Part shown: positions 52,701-60,756 of the stretch, piece by piece
How positions within the stretch are numbered: position 1 is the stretch's first letter
Layout: each line of letters starts with the position of its first letter
NCBI GenBank assembly: GCA_027083355.1
Contig: JALWOY010000069.1
Coordinates: 7,893-71,892 of the forward strand
DNA from: Phycisphaerales bacterium
GTDB taxonomy: Bacteria > Planctomycetota > Phycisphaerae > Phycisphaerales > UBA1924
Direction of reading: 5' to 3'
Length of the DNA stretch: 64,000 nucleotides
Notes under the pieces: generated by a model
Told to the model about the DNA's origin: nothing
Seen by the model: the letters and a program-made list of their open reading frames with translations, nothing else
Databases searched by the model: none
Made by a program: the position numbers and the translations under genes

Positions 52701-55700
52701 GCACGGAGTTCGTCCGGCGGTTCGTCTCGACGAGCATCCGAGCTTGCATCGCGTTGTTCTGGTTCCGGCCCCACATCCGCTCGAACTGGAGCTCATCGGC
52801 GATGCTCTTGACCGTGTCCGCGATATCATCCACGCTCGCGTGTTCGAGCGGGATGATCCTGAACGATGTCGAACGGTCGGGCGAAGGCGCGTCGAACTGA
52901 TCGACGAGGCTCTTGATCTGCTCGTAGTCCTCGTCGCTGGCCGCGATCACGATCGTCCCGCTTCGGCGGTCGCCGAAGATCGCCGCGTCGCCGGAACGAT
53001 TCGCCCCCCGCCGGCCCGCGACGCGCGCCCTCTGCTGGAAAAACCGCTGCAGACCCGTCGCCACCTCGCCCGCGTCGGCCCGCTGCAGCTTGATCGAACG
53101 CACCGGGTACGAGCCCGTCTCCGACACGTCGATCTTCGCGACGAGCTCGCGGACCTCGGCGATCGTCTCGGCGTCCGCCTTGACGACGAACGTGTTGGTC
53201 GAGTCCTCCGCAGAGATCTGCACCTTGTCCTTCTTCGCGGGGTCCCGCCCCACCACCACCTGCTCGACGATCCGCCGCATCGCGCTGGGCAACGCGTGCT
53301 CCAGCGGGATGACCGCCATCTCCAGGTTCGGCTCCTCCATCGACACGTCGCTCGACGCGATCAACTCCGCGATCTCGGCGTGCTGCGCACTCGTCGCCGT
53401 CACCAGCACGCTACCCGTGCGCACGTCGGGCACCAGCCGCACACGCGGCACCGAGTTCGCCCCCGGCCCCTGCCGCTTGGCGTCCATGATCTGCTGCACC
53501 GTCGAGGCCAGCGTCCTCGCGTCGGCGTTGTGCAGCGCGTACCGCCGGACCTCCATCCGGTCCGTCACGGGGTTCTGATCCAGCAGCCCGATGAACCGGT
53601 CGATAATGTCGATCGCCCCGCTCGGCGCCGACACGATCAGCGACCGCCCCGCCGGGTCGCTCGTCACCGTCACCCGCTCGGGGTCGAACGTGCCCTCGAG
53701 CGCATTGCCGTCGGCGTCCTCCACCGTCAGCATCAGCTCTCGAACCCGTCGGGCCTGCCGACCCCGCGGCCGGGCGCTGAGCAGGTCGCGCACCGACCGC
53801 ACCGCGCCCCGGGCGTCGATGTTCGTCAGCGGGTAGACCTTGATCGTGAGTTGAGCCGAGCGGTCCAGCCTCGCCACGCCTTTGATGAGCGACGACACCG
53901 TCTCGAAGTCCGTGTCGTTCGCCCACACGATCACCGCGCCGGCCTGCGCGTCCGGGCTGACCGCGACCCGGCCCGTGAACCCGCCCGGGTTCGTGTCGCT
54001 CGCCCGGCCCACCTGCCGCACCGTCTGCGTGATCAGGTTCGCCACCGTTCGCGGATCGGCCGACTCGGGCAGCTTGACCACCCGCACCGCCGTCGGCTCG
54101 GCCGGTGCCTGCCGCTGGATCTCCGCCGCCAGTTCCGCCAGCCTCGCCGTCATCCGCTCGGACCCGACCACGATCAGCGTGTTCGTCTCGGGGTCCACCG
54201 CGATCGTCACCGTCGGGGTATCACCGTCCCGAGTACCACGTTCGCGGGTATCACGGTTCTCCGAACCGTGTTCTGCATCCGCATTCTGGGTACCACGGTT
54301 CTCCGAACCGTGCTTCAGATTCTCGGCTCGGAGAGCCGAGGTACCCGGATCCTCCACAGCGGCGAACACCATCTCCGCCGACATCCGCTCGATGAGCCGA
54401 TACAGCCCGCCCCTCGCGGGTTGATCGAGCAGACCCCCACCCACGGGCGCCCGGCTCGACCCCTTCTCGCCCTCCTTCTCGTCCTTGAGCAGCTCGTCGG
54501 CGCTGATGACCTCAACCTTCACGCCCCCCTGCTGTTCGAGCAGACGCCGGAGCGTCCGCGCCACGTCCTGTGCCCCCATCCGCGAGCGGTCGACGCGGAT
54601 CGTGCGCATCTGACGCGACGTCGTGAGCGTGGCCGAATCCAGCTGCGACGCGAGCCGTTCGATGAGCGACATCTGCGGCGCGGTCGCGCTGACGATCAGC
54701 GAGTTGGACCCCTTGTCCACCCGCAGCGTCGGGGGCGTGCCGCCCTCGGTGTCGTCGGCGAGCACGGCCTGGAGGTTGATCGCCATCTCGCCCGCGTCGG
54801 CGCTGCTCAGGGGGATGACCTTGACGATCCGCCCGCCGCCCGGGCCGTCGGGGTCGAGGTCCAGCCCCGCGACGACCTGCTCGGCCAGTTCGAGCACGGG
54901 GGCCGGGGCGCTGACGACGATCGCGTTGAGCCGACGCTCGGCCGCGACCTTGACCGGCGGCTTGTCGTCGGCGATGCCGCTGCGGGCCTTCTGCAGCCGG
55001 AGCTGCCAGCTGGCCCACCAGTTCTGCTGGGCGAGCTCGTCCTGATCGGACAGCACCCGCTCGACGATGGGCGCGATCGACTCGGCCCTTGCGTGCTTGA
55101 GGAAGATCGTGCGCACGCCGATGGTCGCCGGCTCGGCGCTGACGGTGTCCATCGATTCGATCAGCCCCGCCGCCTTTTCGAGCCGCTCCGACGTCGCCGC
55201 CACGAGCACGGTGTTGCTGTTGGACTCGGCGGACACCCTCGGCTCGGGCTCGCCCGCGGGCAGCCCCGCTTTCAGCGTCTCACGCAGCGCTTTGGCCGCC
55301 GATTCCGCGTCGCCCTTTGTCAGCCGGAAGACGCGCACCTCGACGGCCGACTCGCCCCGCGGCTGGTCGAGCGTCGCGATCAGGTCGGACGCCATCGGCA
55401 TCAACGGGCCCGGCACGCTCACCAGCAGCCGGTTCGTCCCCGCGTCCGCCTGGATCGTCGGCCGGGCGATGTTCAACCCCGCACGCTCGGCGCGCTGCAG
55501 ATCCTCCGGCCAGCGGCTCCGGTCGCTGAGCATCTGCTGCACCGTCGACGCCACGGCCCGGGCCTCGGCGTGCGCCAGCGGGAAGCTCCGCATCTCGACC
55601 AGCGGCATCGACACCGAGCGGTCGTCGAACTCGGCCAGCAGTTTCACTGCCTTGTTCGCCTGCTCGGCCGGCCCGATCACGAGGATCGCCCCCGACGCCG

Positions 55701-58700
55701 GCTCGACCTCGATCTCCAGCGGACGCCGCTCGATCGGCATCGTCTCGCGCACGATCTTCATCACGGTCTTGGCCAGCACCGCCGGGTCCGCCTTGGCCGG
55801 GGTGAACGTCAGCACCGTCCGGTCCGTCTGCTGCGCCGGCTCGTCGAGCCGCTCGATCACGCTCTTTGCCAACTGGATCGACTCGGCCGGACCGCTGACG
55901 ATCAGCGAGTTCGTCCGCCGCTCGGCCTCGACGCGGATCTTCGGCGGTTCGACGTACCGCCCCCGGCTGTACCGGAGCCTCGCCGCGAGGATCCGCGGGT
56001 CGGTCTGCTGCTGGTCGATCAGCAGACGCTCGACCGTGCGCACGATCTCGCCCGCGTCGGCGTGCGCCAGCGGGAACGTCTCGACCGCGGGCTTCTCCGG
56101 GTCGAACGGCTGCTTGTCCAGCGGGTCGATCAATTCTTCGACCTTCTTCAGATCCGCCGGCGCCCCCGTCAGCAGCAGCGCGTTGGACCCCACCGCCGCC
56201 AGCACCGCCACCGGCCCGCCCGCGGGCAGGTCCATCTTCGGCACCGCGCCGCTCAGCGTCCGGGCCACGTCGTTCGCGTCGGCGAACGTCAGCGGGACGA
56301 TCTTCACCACGGTGCGGCCCACCGTCGCGGCCTCGGTGTCGAGCGCCTCGATCAGCTGCCGCGCCACGGCCTGGATCTTCTCCGGGGCCGAGATGATCAG
56401 CGTGTTGCTCGCCGGGTCCGCCGCGACTTCGAGCAGCTCGTCGACGAGGCGCTCGGGGGCCTCGCCGGTCTCGCGCAGCCGGGCGGTGAGAAGCCGCTCG
56501 AGGAGCGATTGCAGCCGATCCGCCTTGGCGAACTTGAGCGGGTACATCTTGAGCGTGGTGTCGGGCCGGTCGACGTCGCCGTCCACCTCGCCCAGCACGC
56601 GTTCGACCTGGGGGAAGATCGTCTCGGGGCCCGACACGATGAGCGACCGGCTGGCCGGCTCGACGCTCACCGTCACCGGCGTGTGCCCCGTCGCGCCCAG
56701 CGCCCCGCTGGAGCCCAGCTGCCGCAGCGTGTTGGCCACCGAGTTCAGGTCGGCCCGCTCGACGCGGTACGTCCGCAGCTCGACGCCCTCGTCCACGTTC
56801 AGCTTGTCGAGCGACTCGACGATCTGCTCGAACCCCGCCAGCCGCTGGGCCGGGGCGTCCACGATCAGCGAGTTCGTCACCGGGTCCGCCCGGACGGACA
56901 CTTCCTTGCGCCCGCGCAGGTGCGGCAGGGGCCGGCCCCGCCGGTCGTACGGCATCGGGGGCTCGGGGTACATCGCGTCGATCGTCTTGGCCAGTTCCTC
57001 GGCCCGCGCCACCTTGAGCGGGAAGATGCGGATCTCACGCCCCTCGCGGTCGTAGGCCTGCGCCTCGTTCAACTCGCTGACGATCTGCTCGATCTCGGGC
57101 AGCACGTCCGGGTGGGCGCTGACGATCAGCGAGTTCGTCGACGGGTCCGCCTGGATATCCACCGGCTTGAGCTGCCGGTCCTCGGGCTTGCGCTGCTGGT
57201 AGTTCCGCTGGAGGATCTGCGCGATGTTCGTCGCGTCGGTCGAACGCAGACGGATGATCCGCAGCGGCGGGCGGTCGGCGCTCTGCTGGTTGTCCAGCGA
57301 GCGGATGAGCGATTCGATGATCCGGAACTGCGCCGGCTGCGCCGCCACCATGATCGAGTTGTTCGACTCGATCGCCTCGAACACGGGCTGCGGGCCGCCG
57401 TCGGCGCGCAGCGCCTCGCTCGTCTTGACCATCTCACGCAGGAAACCGACGACCTCCGCCGCCTTCGCCAGCCGCAGCTCGATCATCCGCACCTCGCGGG
57501 CAGGCCCGATCTGCCGCTGCAGCTCGTTGATGATCTTCATGAACCGGTCCATCGCCTCGCGGTCGGCCACCACCTCCAGCGAACTGGTCGACTCGTCCAC
57601 CGTCACGTCCACAGGGCCGGCCCCGGGGATCTGCGCGATCTGCGCTTTGTAGATCGCCAGCGCCCGGTCGCGCACGTCCGCCGGGTCCGCGTTGGCGATC
57701 GGGACGATCCGCAGCCCGCGCTCCACCGGCACCGCCGTCAGGTCTTTCAGGATCTGCTCGACCTTCTCGAACGTCACCTCGTCGCCCGCGACGATCAGCG
57801 TGTTGGACCGCGGCTCGACCTCGATGACGACATCGACCTTCTGCTTGCCGGGCTGGGCCGGGCCCGAGAGCGTGCCGCGGCGTGCCAGCCCCGTGAGCAT
57901 GCTCGCGACCGCACGCAGGTCGGCCCGTTCGATCCGGTATGTGCGCAGCTGCGCCACCGGCGGCACCTCGACGCGGTCGAGCGTCTCGGCGAGCGCTTCG
58001 AGCGACTCGCGCCGGTCCGCCGGCGCGTCGATGATCAGCGAGTTGCTCGACGCGTCGGCGGAGACCGTGACCTCTTTCTGCTTCTGGAGCCACGGCATGG
58101 GCCGGCCCCGCCGGTCCCGCGGCATCGGGGGCTGCGGATACAGCTTGTCCATCGCGGCGGCCACGTCCGTCGCCCGCGCCACCTTGAGCGGGAACAGGAA
58201 CGTCTCGCGGGCCGGGCCCTCGGTGCGTTCCTTGTTGAGATCATCGACGAACGACTTGATCTCGTCGAACAGGTCCGGGTGGGCGCTGACGATCAGCGTC
58301 CCCGTCGCCGCGTCGGCGCGCACCTGCACGGGCCGCGCCGTCCGGTCCGCCAGCGGGCGGCTGTTGTACTGCTGTGTCAGCATCGACGCCACCGCGTTGA
58401 CGTCGGCCGTGCGCACCTGCAGCAACTTCAGCGGCGGCAGCTCGCCCCGCTCGACCGTGTCCAGACGGCGCACGAAATCCGCGATCATCCGCTGCTGCGC
58501 GTCCTCGCCCGTCACGAGCAGCGAGTTCGTCCGCTCGATCACGCTGATCTTCGGGTCCGGCACCTTCCGCGACGGGTCCACCGGATCGGCCGAGTCGAGC
58601 AGCTCCTGCAGCGGTTCGAGGATCGACTTCGCCTCGACATTGTGCACGTCGATGATCCTCGTCGTGCGCGCCGGGGGCGTCAGCTGCTGCGCCTGGCGCA

Positions 58701-60726
58701 GCGATTCATCCAGCAGCCGGAGCGCCTCGGGCGTCCCCCGCGCGATCACGTTGCCGCTCAGCTCGTCGTATTCCGTCTCGACCGGCTCGGCCGCGGGGTC
58801 CTTCGCGTCCAGCGTCTGGGCGCGTTCAGCCGCCAGCGACAACGCCCGGTCCAGCAGGCCCTTGGGGTCGTGCCCTCGGATCGGGATCACCCGCAGCTGC
58901 CGCCCGGTGGGCTTGTCGACGTCCAGCTGCGCGATCAGCTGATCGATCACGGCGAACTGCTCGGGCTCGGCCCGGACGACCAGCGTGTCCAGCTCGTCGA
59001 GCGCCTCGAACGTCGGCGCGACATAGGCCGACCCGTCCTCCGGCTCGAGCATCGGCTTGGCGAGCCGGGGCAGACGCGAGGCCAGTTCGCTCGGGCGCAG
59101 CACCTTCGGCTCATAGGTGTGCTTGATCGTGCGCACGGCGACGGCGCCCGCCGCCTCGCGGATGCGCCCCTCCAGCCGGGCGATCGCCGCACGCGAGCCG
59201 ATGAGCGTCGCCGTCCGGGTCTGCTCGTCGAGCACCGCCCGCACGGGGTCGTCGGCGGCGGCGTCGGCCAGGTTGTCCAGCTCGACGGCCTTGTCGAGGA
59301 TCGCCTTCGCCCCGGCCGCACCGGGGATCTTCACCTGCCGCACCTCGCGCTTGACCTCGGGCTTGAGATCGATGCCCTCGACCAGCTGCTCGAACGCGTC
59401 GACATCCGCCGGCGGGCCCGACACCAGCAGCCCCTTGCCCGACGGCGTGGGGGTGTACCGCAGCATCTGGTTCTGACGCGGGCTCAGCATCCGCCCCGCG
59501 ATCGACACCACCGACGACGGCGCCGCGTACTTGAGCGGGATCACCCGGGCCGTCGTGGTCGGCTCGATCGGCTCGTCGCCCGCCTGCCCCGGGTCCAGCT
59601 CGCCCAGCAACGCCGTCGCCTGGAGCAGCAGGGCACGGTCGGCCACGATGACCAGCTTGCCCACCGCGTCCAGCGGCAGGATCGTCGGCTTGCGCGTGTC
59701 GGGCACGCCCCGGAAGAGCGCTTCGAGTTGCGTCTTGGCCTGCGACGGGGTGACCGTGCGCAGGGCGAAGGTCGAGAGCCGGGTCTCGCCCGCCTCGATC
59801 CCGCCCTCGGGCGCGTCGAGCAGGGCGATGAGTTCCTCGACGGTCTGGATGCGCGCCGCCGACCCGACGGCGATGATCGCGTTGAGCCGCTCGTCGGCCT
59901 GCAGGTTCAGGCCGGCGACGTCGATCTGCTCGACCTGGCGGATCTTGCCGTCCTTCTCGATGATCTGCTTGAGGATCCGCTGGCCCACCAGCCCCTTGAG
60001 CGCCTCGACCGCCTGCGCCGCCTTGGCGTGACGCAGCGTGAAAATCCTGTACTGCGAATCGACCGGCTTGACCGCGTCGATGTGCTCGACGATCTCGCGG
60101 ATCCGTTGGCACTGCGCCGCCGTCTCCACCACGATCAGCATGTTCTGCGCTTCGACCGGCGTCACCAGCCCCGGCGCCTTGACCAGCGGCTTGATCTTCT
60201 CGGCCACGTTCGTCACGTTCGAGTTGCTCAGCGGGATCGTGATCGTCAGGTACTGCGACGGGTCGACATCCTTGAAATCCGTCCCGTCGAACACCGGGCC
60301 CGGCTTGCGGGCGGCTTCCTCCAGTGTGCGCAGATACAGGAAGTTCTTCTCACGCACCACGATCCGCTGGTGCATCGCCAGGTTCAGGTTGAGGATCTCG
60401 AGCGCGTCCTTGAGCGAGTAGTCCGCCGCCGAGATGAACGTCATCGCCCCCGCCGGCACCGACGCCTCGCGGATCACGGGCAGCCCCGTCTCGCGCGCGA
60501 AGAAATCGAGCACCTGCGCGAACGGGGCGCCGCTGAAGTTGAACCGCAGCCGGACCGAGTCCGGGTCGGTCGCGCCCCGTTCGGCAGCCGGCTTGTCGAC
60601 GTGCGTCTCGGCCTGACCGCCCGGGTTGTCCGGCGTCGGGGGCACGGCATCCTGAGCCGAGCAGGGCAGACCGGCGACGGCCAGAATCGCGGCGGCGAGC
60701 AGAACAGTCGATTGGCGATCCATCAC
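46783..60726 (-). CDS. giant secretin: signal peptide, N0-like domain, about 50 tandem secretin-N-type modules, C-terminal secretin barrel domain
   Basis: 4,647-aa uninterrupted ORF. N-terminus MMDRQSTVLLAAAILAVAGLPCSAQD. N0-like segment ...FNFSGAPFAQVLDFFARETGLPVI.... A module of about 84 aa on average recurs by eye roughly 50 times (h-x-h-x-L-x-x-A-x-A..h...L..h......h..D..TNSLIV.A.......h..LI..LD). The C-terminus ...LIRALEVQGKLEVLSRPQVTVNNNEQA.I.VG..V......VGIILNVTP.IS.DG.V.M.I..E.S.........PII..R...T.V.V.DGQTVVIGGLI........KIPLLGDIPLVG.LF.S......KTELLVVLRP is the canonical secretin domain. Confidence 0.85.
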   Translation of the reverse strand: MMDRQSTVLLAAAILAVAGLPCSAQDAVPPTPDNPGGQAETHVDKPAAERGATDPDSVRLRFNFSGAPFAQVLDFFARETGLPVIREASVPAGAMTFISAADYSLKDALEILNLNLAMHQRIVVREKNFLYLRTLEEAARKPGPVFDGTDFKDVDPSQYLTITIPLSNSNVTNVAEKIKPLVKAPGLVTPVEAQNMLIVVETAAQCQRIREIVEHIDAVKPVDSQYRIFTLRHAKAAQAVEALKGLVGQRILKQIIEKDGKIRQVEQIDVAGLNLQADERLNAIIAVGSAARIQTVEELIALLDAPEGGIEAGETRLSTFALRTVTPSQAKTQLEALFRGVPDTRKPTILPLDAVGKLVIVADRALLLQATALLGELDPGQAGDEPIEPTTTARVIPLKYAAPSSVVSIAGRMLSPRQNQMLRYTPTPSGKGLLVSGPPADVDAFEQLVEGIDLKPEVKREVRQVKIPGAAGAKAILDKAVELDNLADAAADDPVRAVLDEQTRTATLIGSRAAIARLEGRIREAAGAVAVRTIKHTYEPKVLRPSELASRLPRLAKPMLEPEDGSAYVAPTFEALDELDTLVVRAEPEQFAVIDQLIAQLDVDKPTGRQLRVIPIRGHDPKGLLDRALSLAAERAQTLDAKDPAAEPVETEYDELSGNVIARGTPEALRLLDESLRQAQQLTPPARTTRIIDVHNVEAKSILEPLQELLDSADPVDPSRKVPDPKISVIERTNSLLVTGEDAQQRMIADFVRRLDTVERGELPPLKLLQVRTADVNAVASMLTQQYNSRPLADRTARPVQVRADAATGTLIVSAHPDLFDEIKSFVDDLNKERTEGPARETFLFPLKVARATDVAAAMDKLYPQPPMPRDRRGRPMPWLQKQKEVTVSADASSNSLIIDAPADRRESLEALAETLDRVEVPPVAQLRTYRIERADLRAVASMLTGLARRGTLSGPAQPGKQKVDVVIEVEPRSNTLIVAGDEVTFEKVEQILKDLTAVPVERGLRIVPIANADPADVRDRALAIYKAQIAQIPGAGPVDVTVDESTSSLEVVADREAMDRFMKIINELQRQIGPAREVRMIELRLAKAAEVVGFLREMVKTSEALRADGGPQPVFEAIESNNSIMVAAQPAQFRIIESLIRSLDNQQSADRPPLRIIRLRSTDATNIAQILQRNYQQRKPEDRQLKPVDIQADPSTNSLIVSAHPDVLPEIEQIVSELNEAQAYDREGREIRIFPLKVARAEELAKTIDAMYPEPPMPYDRRGRPLPHLRGRKEVSVRADPVTNSLIVDAPAQRLAGFEQIVESLDKLNVDEGVELRTYRVERADLNSVANTLRQLGSSGALGATGHTPVTVSVEPASRSLIVSGPETIFPQVERVLGEVDGDVDRPDTTLKMYPLKFAKADRLQSLLERLLTARLRETGEAPERLVDELLEVAADPASNTLIISAPEKIQAVARQLIEALDTEAATVGRTVVKIVPLTFADANDVARTLSGAVPKMDLPAGGPVAVLAAVGSNALLLTGAPADLKKVEELIDPLDKQPFDPEKPAVETFPLAHADAGEIVRTVERLLIDQQQTDPRILAARLRYSRGRYVEPPKIRVEAERRTNSLIVSGPAESIQLAKSVIERLDEPAQQTDRTVLTFTPAKADPAVLAKTVMKIVRETMPIERRPLEIEVEPASGAILVIGPAEQANKAVKLLAEFDDRSVSMPLVEMRSFPLAHAEARAVASTVQQMLSDRSRWPEDLQRAERAGLNIARPTIQADAGTNRLLVSVPGPLMPMASDLIATLDQPRGESAVEVRVFRLTKGDAESAAKALRETLKAGLPAGEPEPRVSAESNSNTVLVAATSERLEKAAGLIESMDTVSAEPATIGVRTIFLKHARAESIAPIVERVLSDQDELAQQNWWASWQLRLQKARSGIADDKPPVKVAAERRLNAIVVSAPAPVLELAEQVVAGLDLDPDGPGGGRIVKVIPLSSADAGEMAINLQAVLADDTEGGTPPTLRVDKGSNSLIVSATAPQMSLIERLASQLDSATLTTSRQMRTIRVDRSRMGAQDVARTLRRLLEQQGGVKVEVISADELLKDEKEGEKGSSRAPVGGGLLDQPARGGLYRLIERMSAEMVFAAVEDPGTSALRAENLKHGSENRGTQNADAEHGSENRDTRERGTRDGDTPTVTIAVDPETNTLIVVGSERMTARLAELAAEIQRQAPAEPTAVRVVKLPESADPRTVANLITQTVRQVGRASDTNPGGFTGRVAVSPDAQAGAVIVWANDTDFETVSSLIKGVARLDRSAQLTIKVYPLTNIDARGAVRSVRDLLSARPRGRQARRVRELMLTVEDADGNALEGTFDPERVTVTSDPAGRSLIVSAPSGAIDIIDRFIGLLDQNPVTDRMEVRRYALHNADARTLASTVQQIMDAKRQGPGANSVPRVRLVPDVRTGSVLVTATSAQHAEIAELIASSDVSMEEPNLEMAVIPLEHALPSAMRRIVEQVVVGRDPAKKDKVQISAEDSTNTFVVKADAETIAEVRELVAKIDVSETGSYPVRSIKLQRADAGEVATGLQRFFQQRARVAGRRGANRSGDAAIFGDRRSGTIVIAASDEDYEQIKSLVDQFDAPSPDRSTSFRIIPLEHASVDDIADTVKSIADELQFERMWGRNQNNAMQARMLVETNRRTNSVLVFGEGEILDTVEQVIKELDQPSADNTKMVVKAVMVEKGDLSAIERLIESITATPGWRWWQGRDPKQVQVEVDRDRRLVLLIGEQANVEQAAEYIATIDNAGGAEGQVIESIRLKYAEASRAANSLTRFFRGKARAEQKRPDSVAIIGSREGNLLIVSAPPDEMPVLRDLVAQIDQPETSKDRRIEVYTLSNSDVREVATTLRAMFPSRGPAEERVVVTPQPSRGALIVSAPDRAFEQIETLLTELDQVADEASSSIVTVPLESARAADVAQSLLAALPQGVKVKITPVARSNALLLTGSDDAVQLVMDQVKELDTAAVQSPIEFKRFELVHAEAIDTAIILRNMLSNRPRAAGVARPSIDYSLNSNVLSVTASPDEMGFIEEMISQLDTPQPTTRRTEFVKLEYARADAVRKALGVFYGSGAPEARGENERNVTIIADQTANTLLITGDESVFEDIRALLERLDTPAYDTSRQLVLIALKHADAESVARALNEGFRAPLEQEIQRERLKNERTRTSRRSGRQREENEAPAVLVSAEETPSVSAEPATNTLIVFASRKEIERIEKIVQQIDVPEFQRLAEARLIPVTGTIRPSVLADRVRSVFLSTTRRGSTSRTVIVGDDDAGVLIVRAEEASFDQIRELAESLMAAGEGAGATPRIVRLHRLPAARLRSMLVNIFSPMAQKRGETLTIEVDRDSNALVVAASEELHKQIEALARDLDGSDEADQQDTGEKSEEELPTPGVGQSVGVFELKHTSPESMAGLLTRLGLTGPQPADRPGIVGEPIRVVPMKTRRAVAVVAGPMDLKTVGALIERLDSVEIEAAQSLAIVPLKLADASRLVPLLDGLLRPMPADGKTEPAAALAEQVRRLSLVEGVFDNKGVSLDLSVPIKLTADTQTNSVLIASTPENVEAMQAIVPLFDKLPLGDAVVVRIFPLENASASRVQRIIEELFRKGEALSRLPGTRRQGSPSTETGKALRGDVAVSVDERTNSLIVAGREEAIALVEVLVQNMDSDTADRGWIEAEIVPLQYADAVTLSKKLDEVLVRGLGATPDAIGLRKQIGRLRLVIEDDGEPAGVKTVPSDLFAPMSGLVITPEEELNALVVVGTPTNIEVVRTLVKQLDVEKAAADNSVRVIPLEHASADRVAGVVRDIFDERAKQTTARPEDRLIMSVDARTNALIVSTSPRSFAVLEKLIETLDRDEARFAVGLHVVPVPGADVADLAPKIRRLMTERIRAQRSRGGVDNPLDAFSIEAVPSDDLLIVAASDENLQLVHELIDAMTAGGEGFAEAERVELIPVESPGGAADLAKSINELYVRRENEKRGRQSVSVIANERQNALLVSGTDDDIAAIRDLVEQLDQPEAETVQEVKRIQLRAANAVEMVRLVERVLAGRPIAGGRGGAQAVKMRFYRKKLEGEFEEGATEATIDAAVREQVRMTPDLRTNSVMVSAPEAIMTLIEDIIRDLDEETSGDREIAQYRLKNADAQQMALLLRDLFNLQQQGDRLVLVPRQEENRDDQQNQPGGETGFGETGMFTPVPDMRQALAITIDRRTNTLLVSGTKEYLEQVREVVEGLDSIDANEREQLVYSLKNAQASEIQTVLMDYFRGEAELRRSVLGPNLTGSLARQLEQEVTVVGDEKSNKVLVSASPRYIETVKRIIAELDASPPQVMIQVLLAEVTLDDTSEWGLDFNVGLDVSTSRIGGDGYVFNKLAAGAGAATALGVPNFSVSSTDFNLLIRALEVQGKLEVLSRPQVTVNNNEQAMIQVGENVSIVTGSNQFQDRVSAVTERQDVGIILNVTPSISPDGFVRMDIAPEISSVSARTTQIDANFESPIITQRRVDTTVTVRDGQTVVIGGLIQTTGEQRVWKIPLLGDIPLVGELFKSSTRNNVKTELLVVLRPVVIPGDEPASSQLQGRILDNALDSLDDSTRVQDSIEQGKRFLPGGPVPDGGDTPPMLEPEPMGDTREPDGGEP

Positions 60727-60756
60727 AAACTCCTTACCCCCTCCGGGGGAAGATCC

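Noticed and set aside
39371-60726. Idea that the pstSCAB genes are functionally part of the giant-secretin system because they follow it on the same strand
   Set aside because: Only co-directionality and short gaps support the idea. pstS has its own 72-nt upstream spacer, and the Pst system is a self-sufficient housekeeping transporter. It is worth testing by RNA-seq, but I do not claim it.
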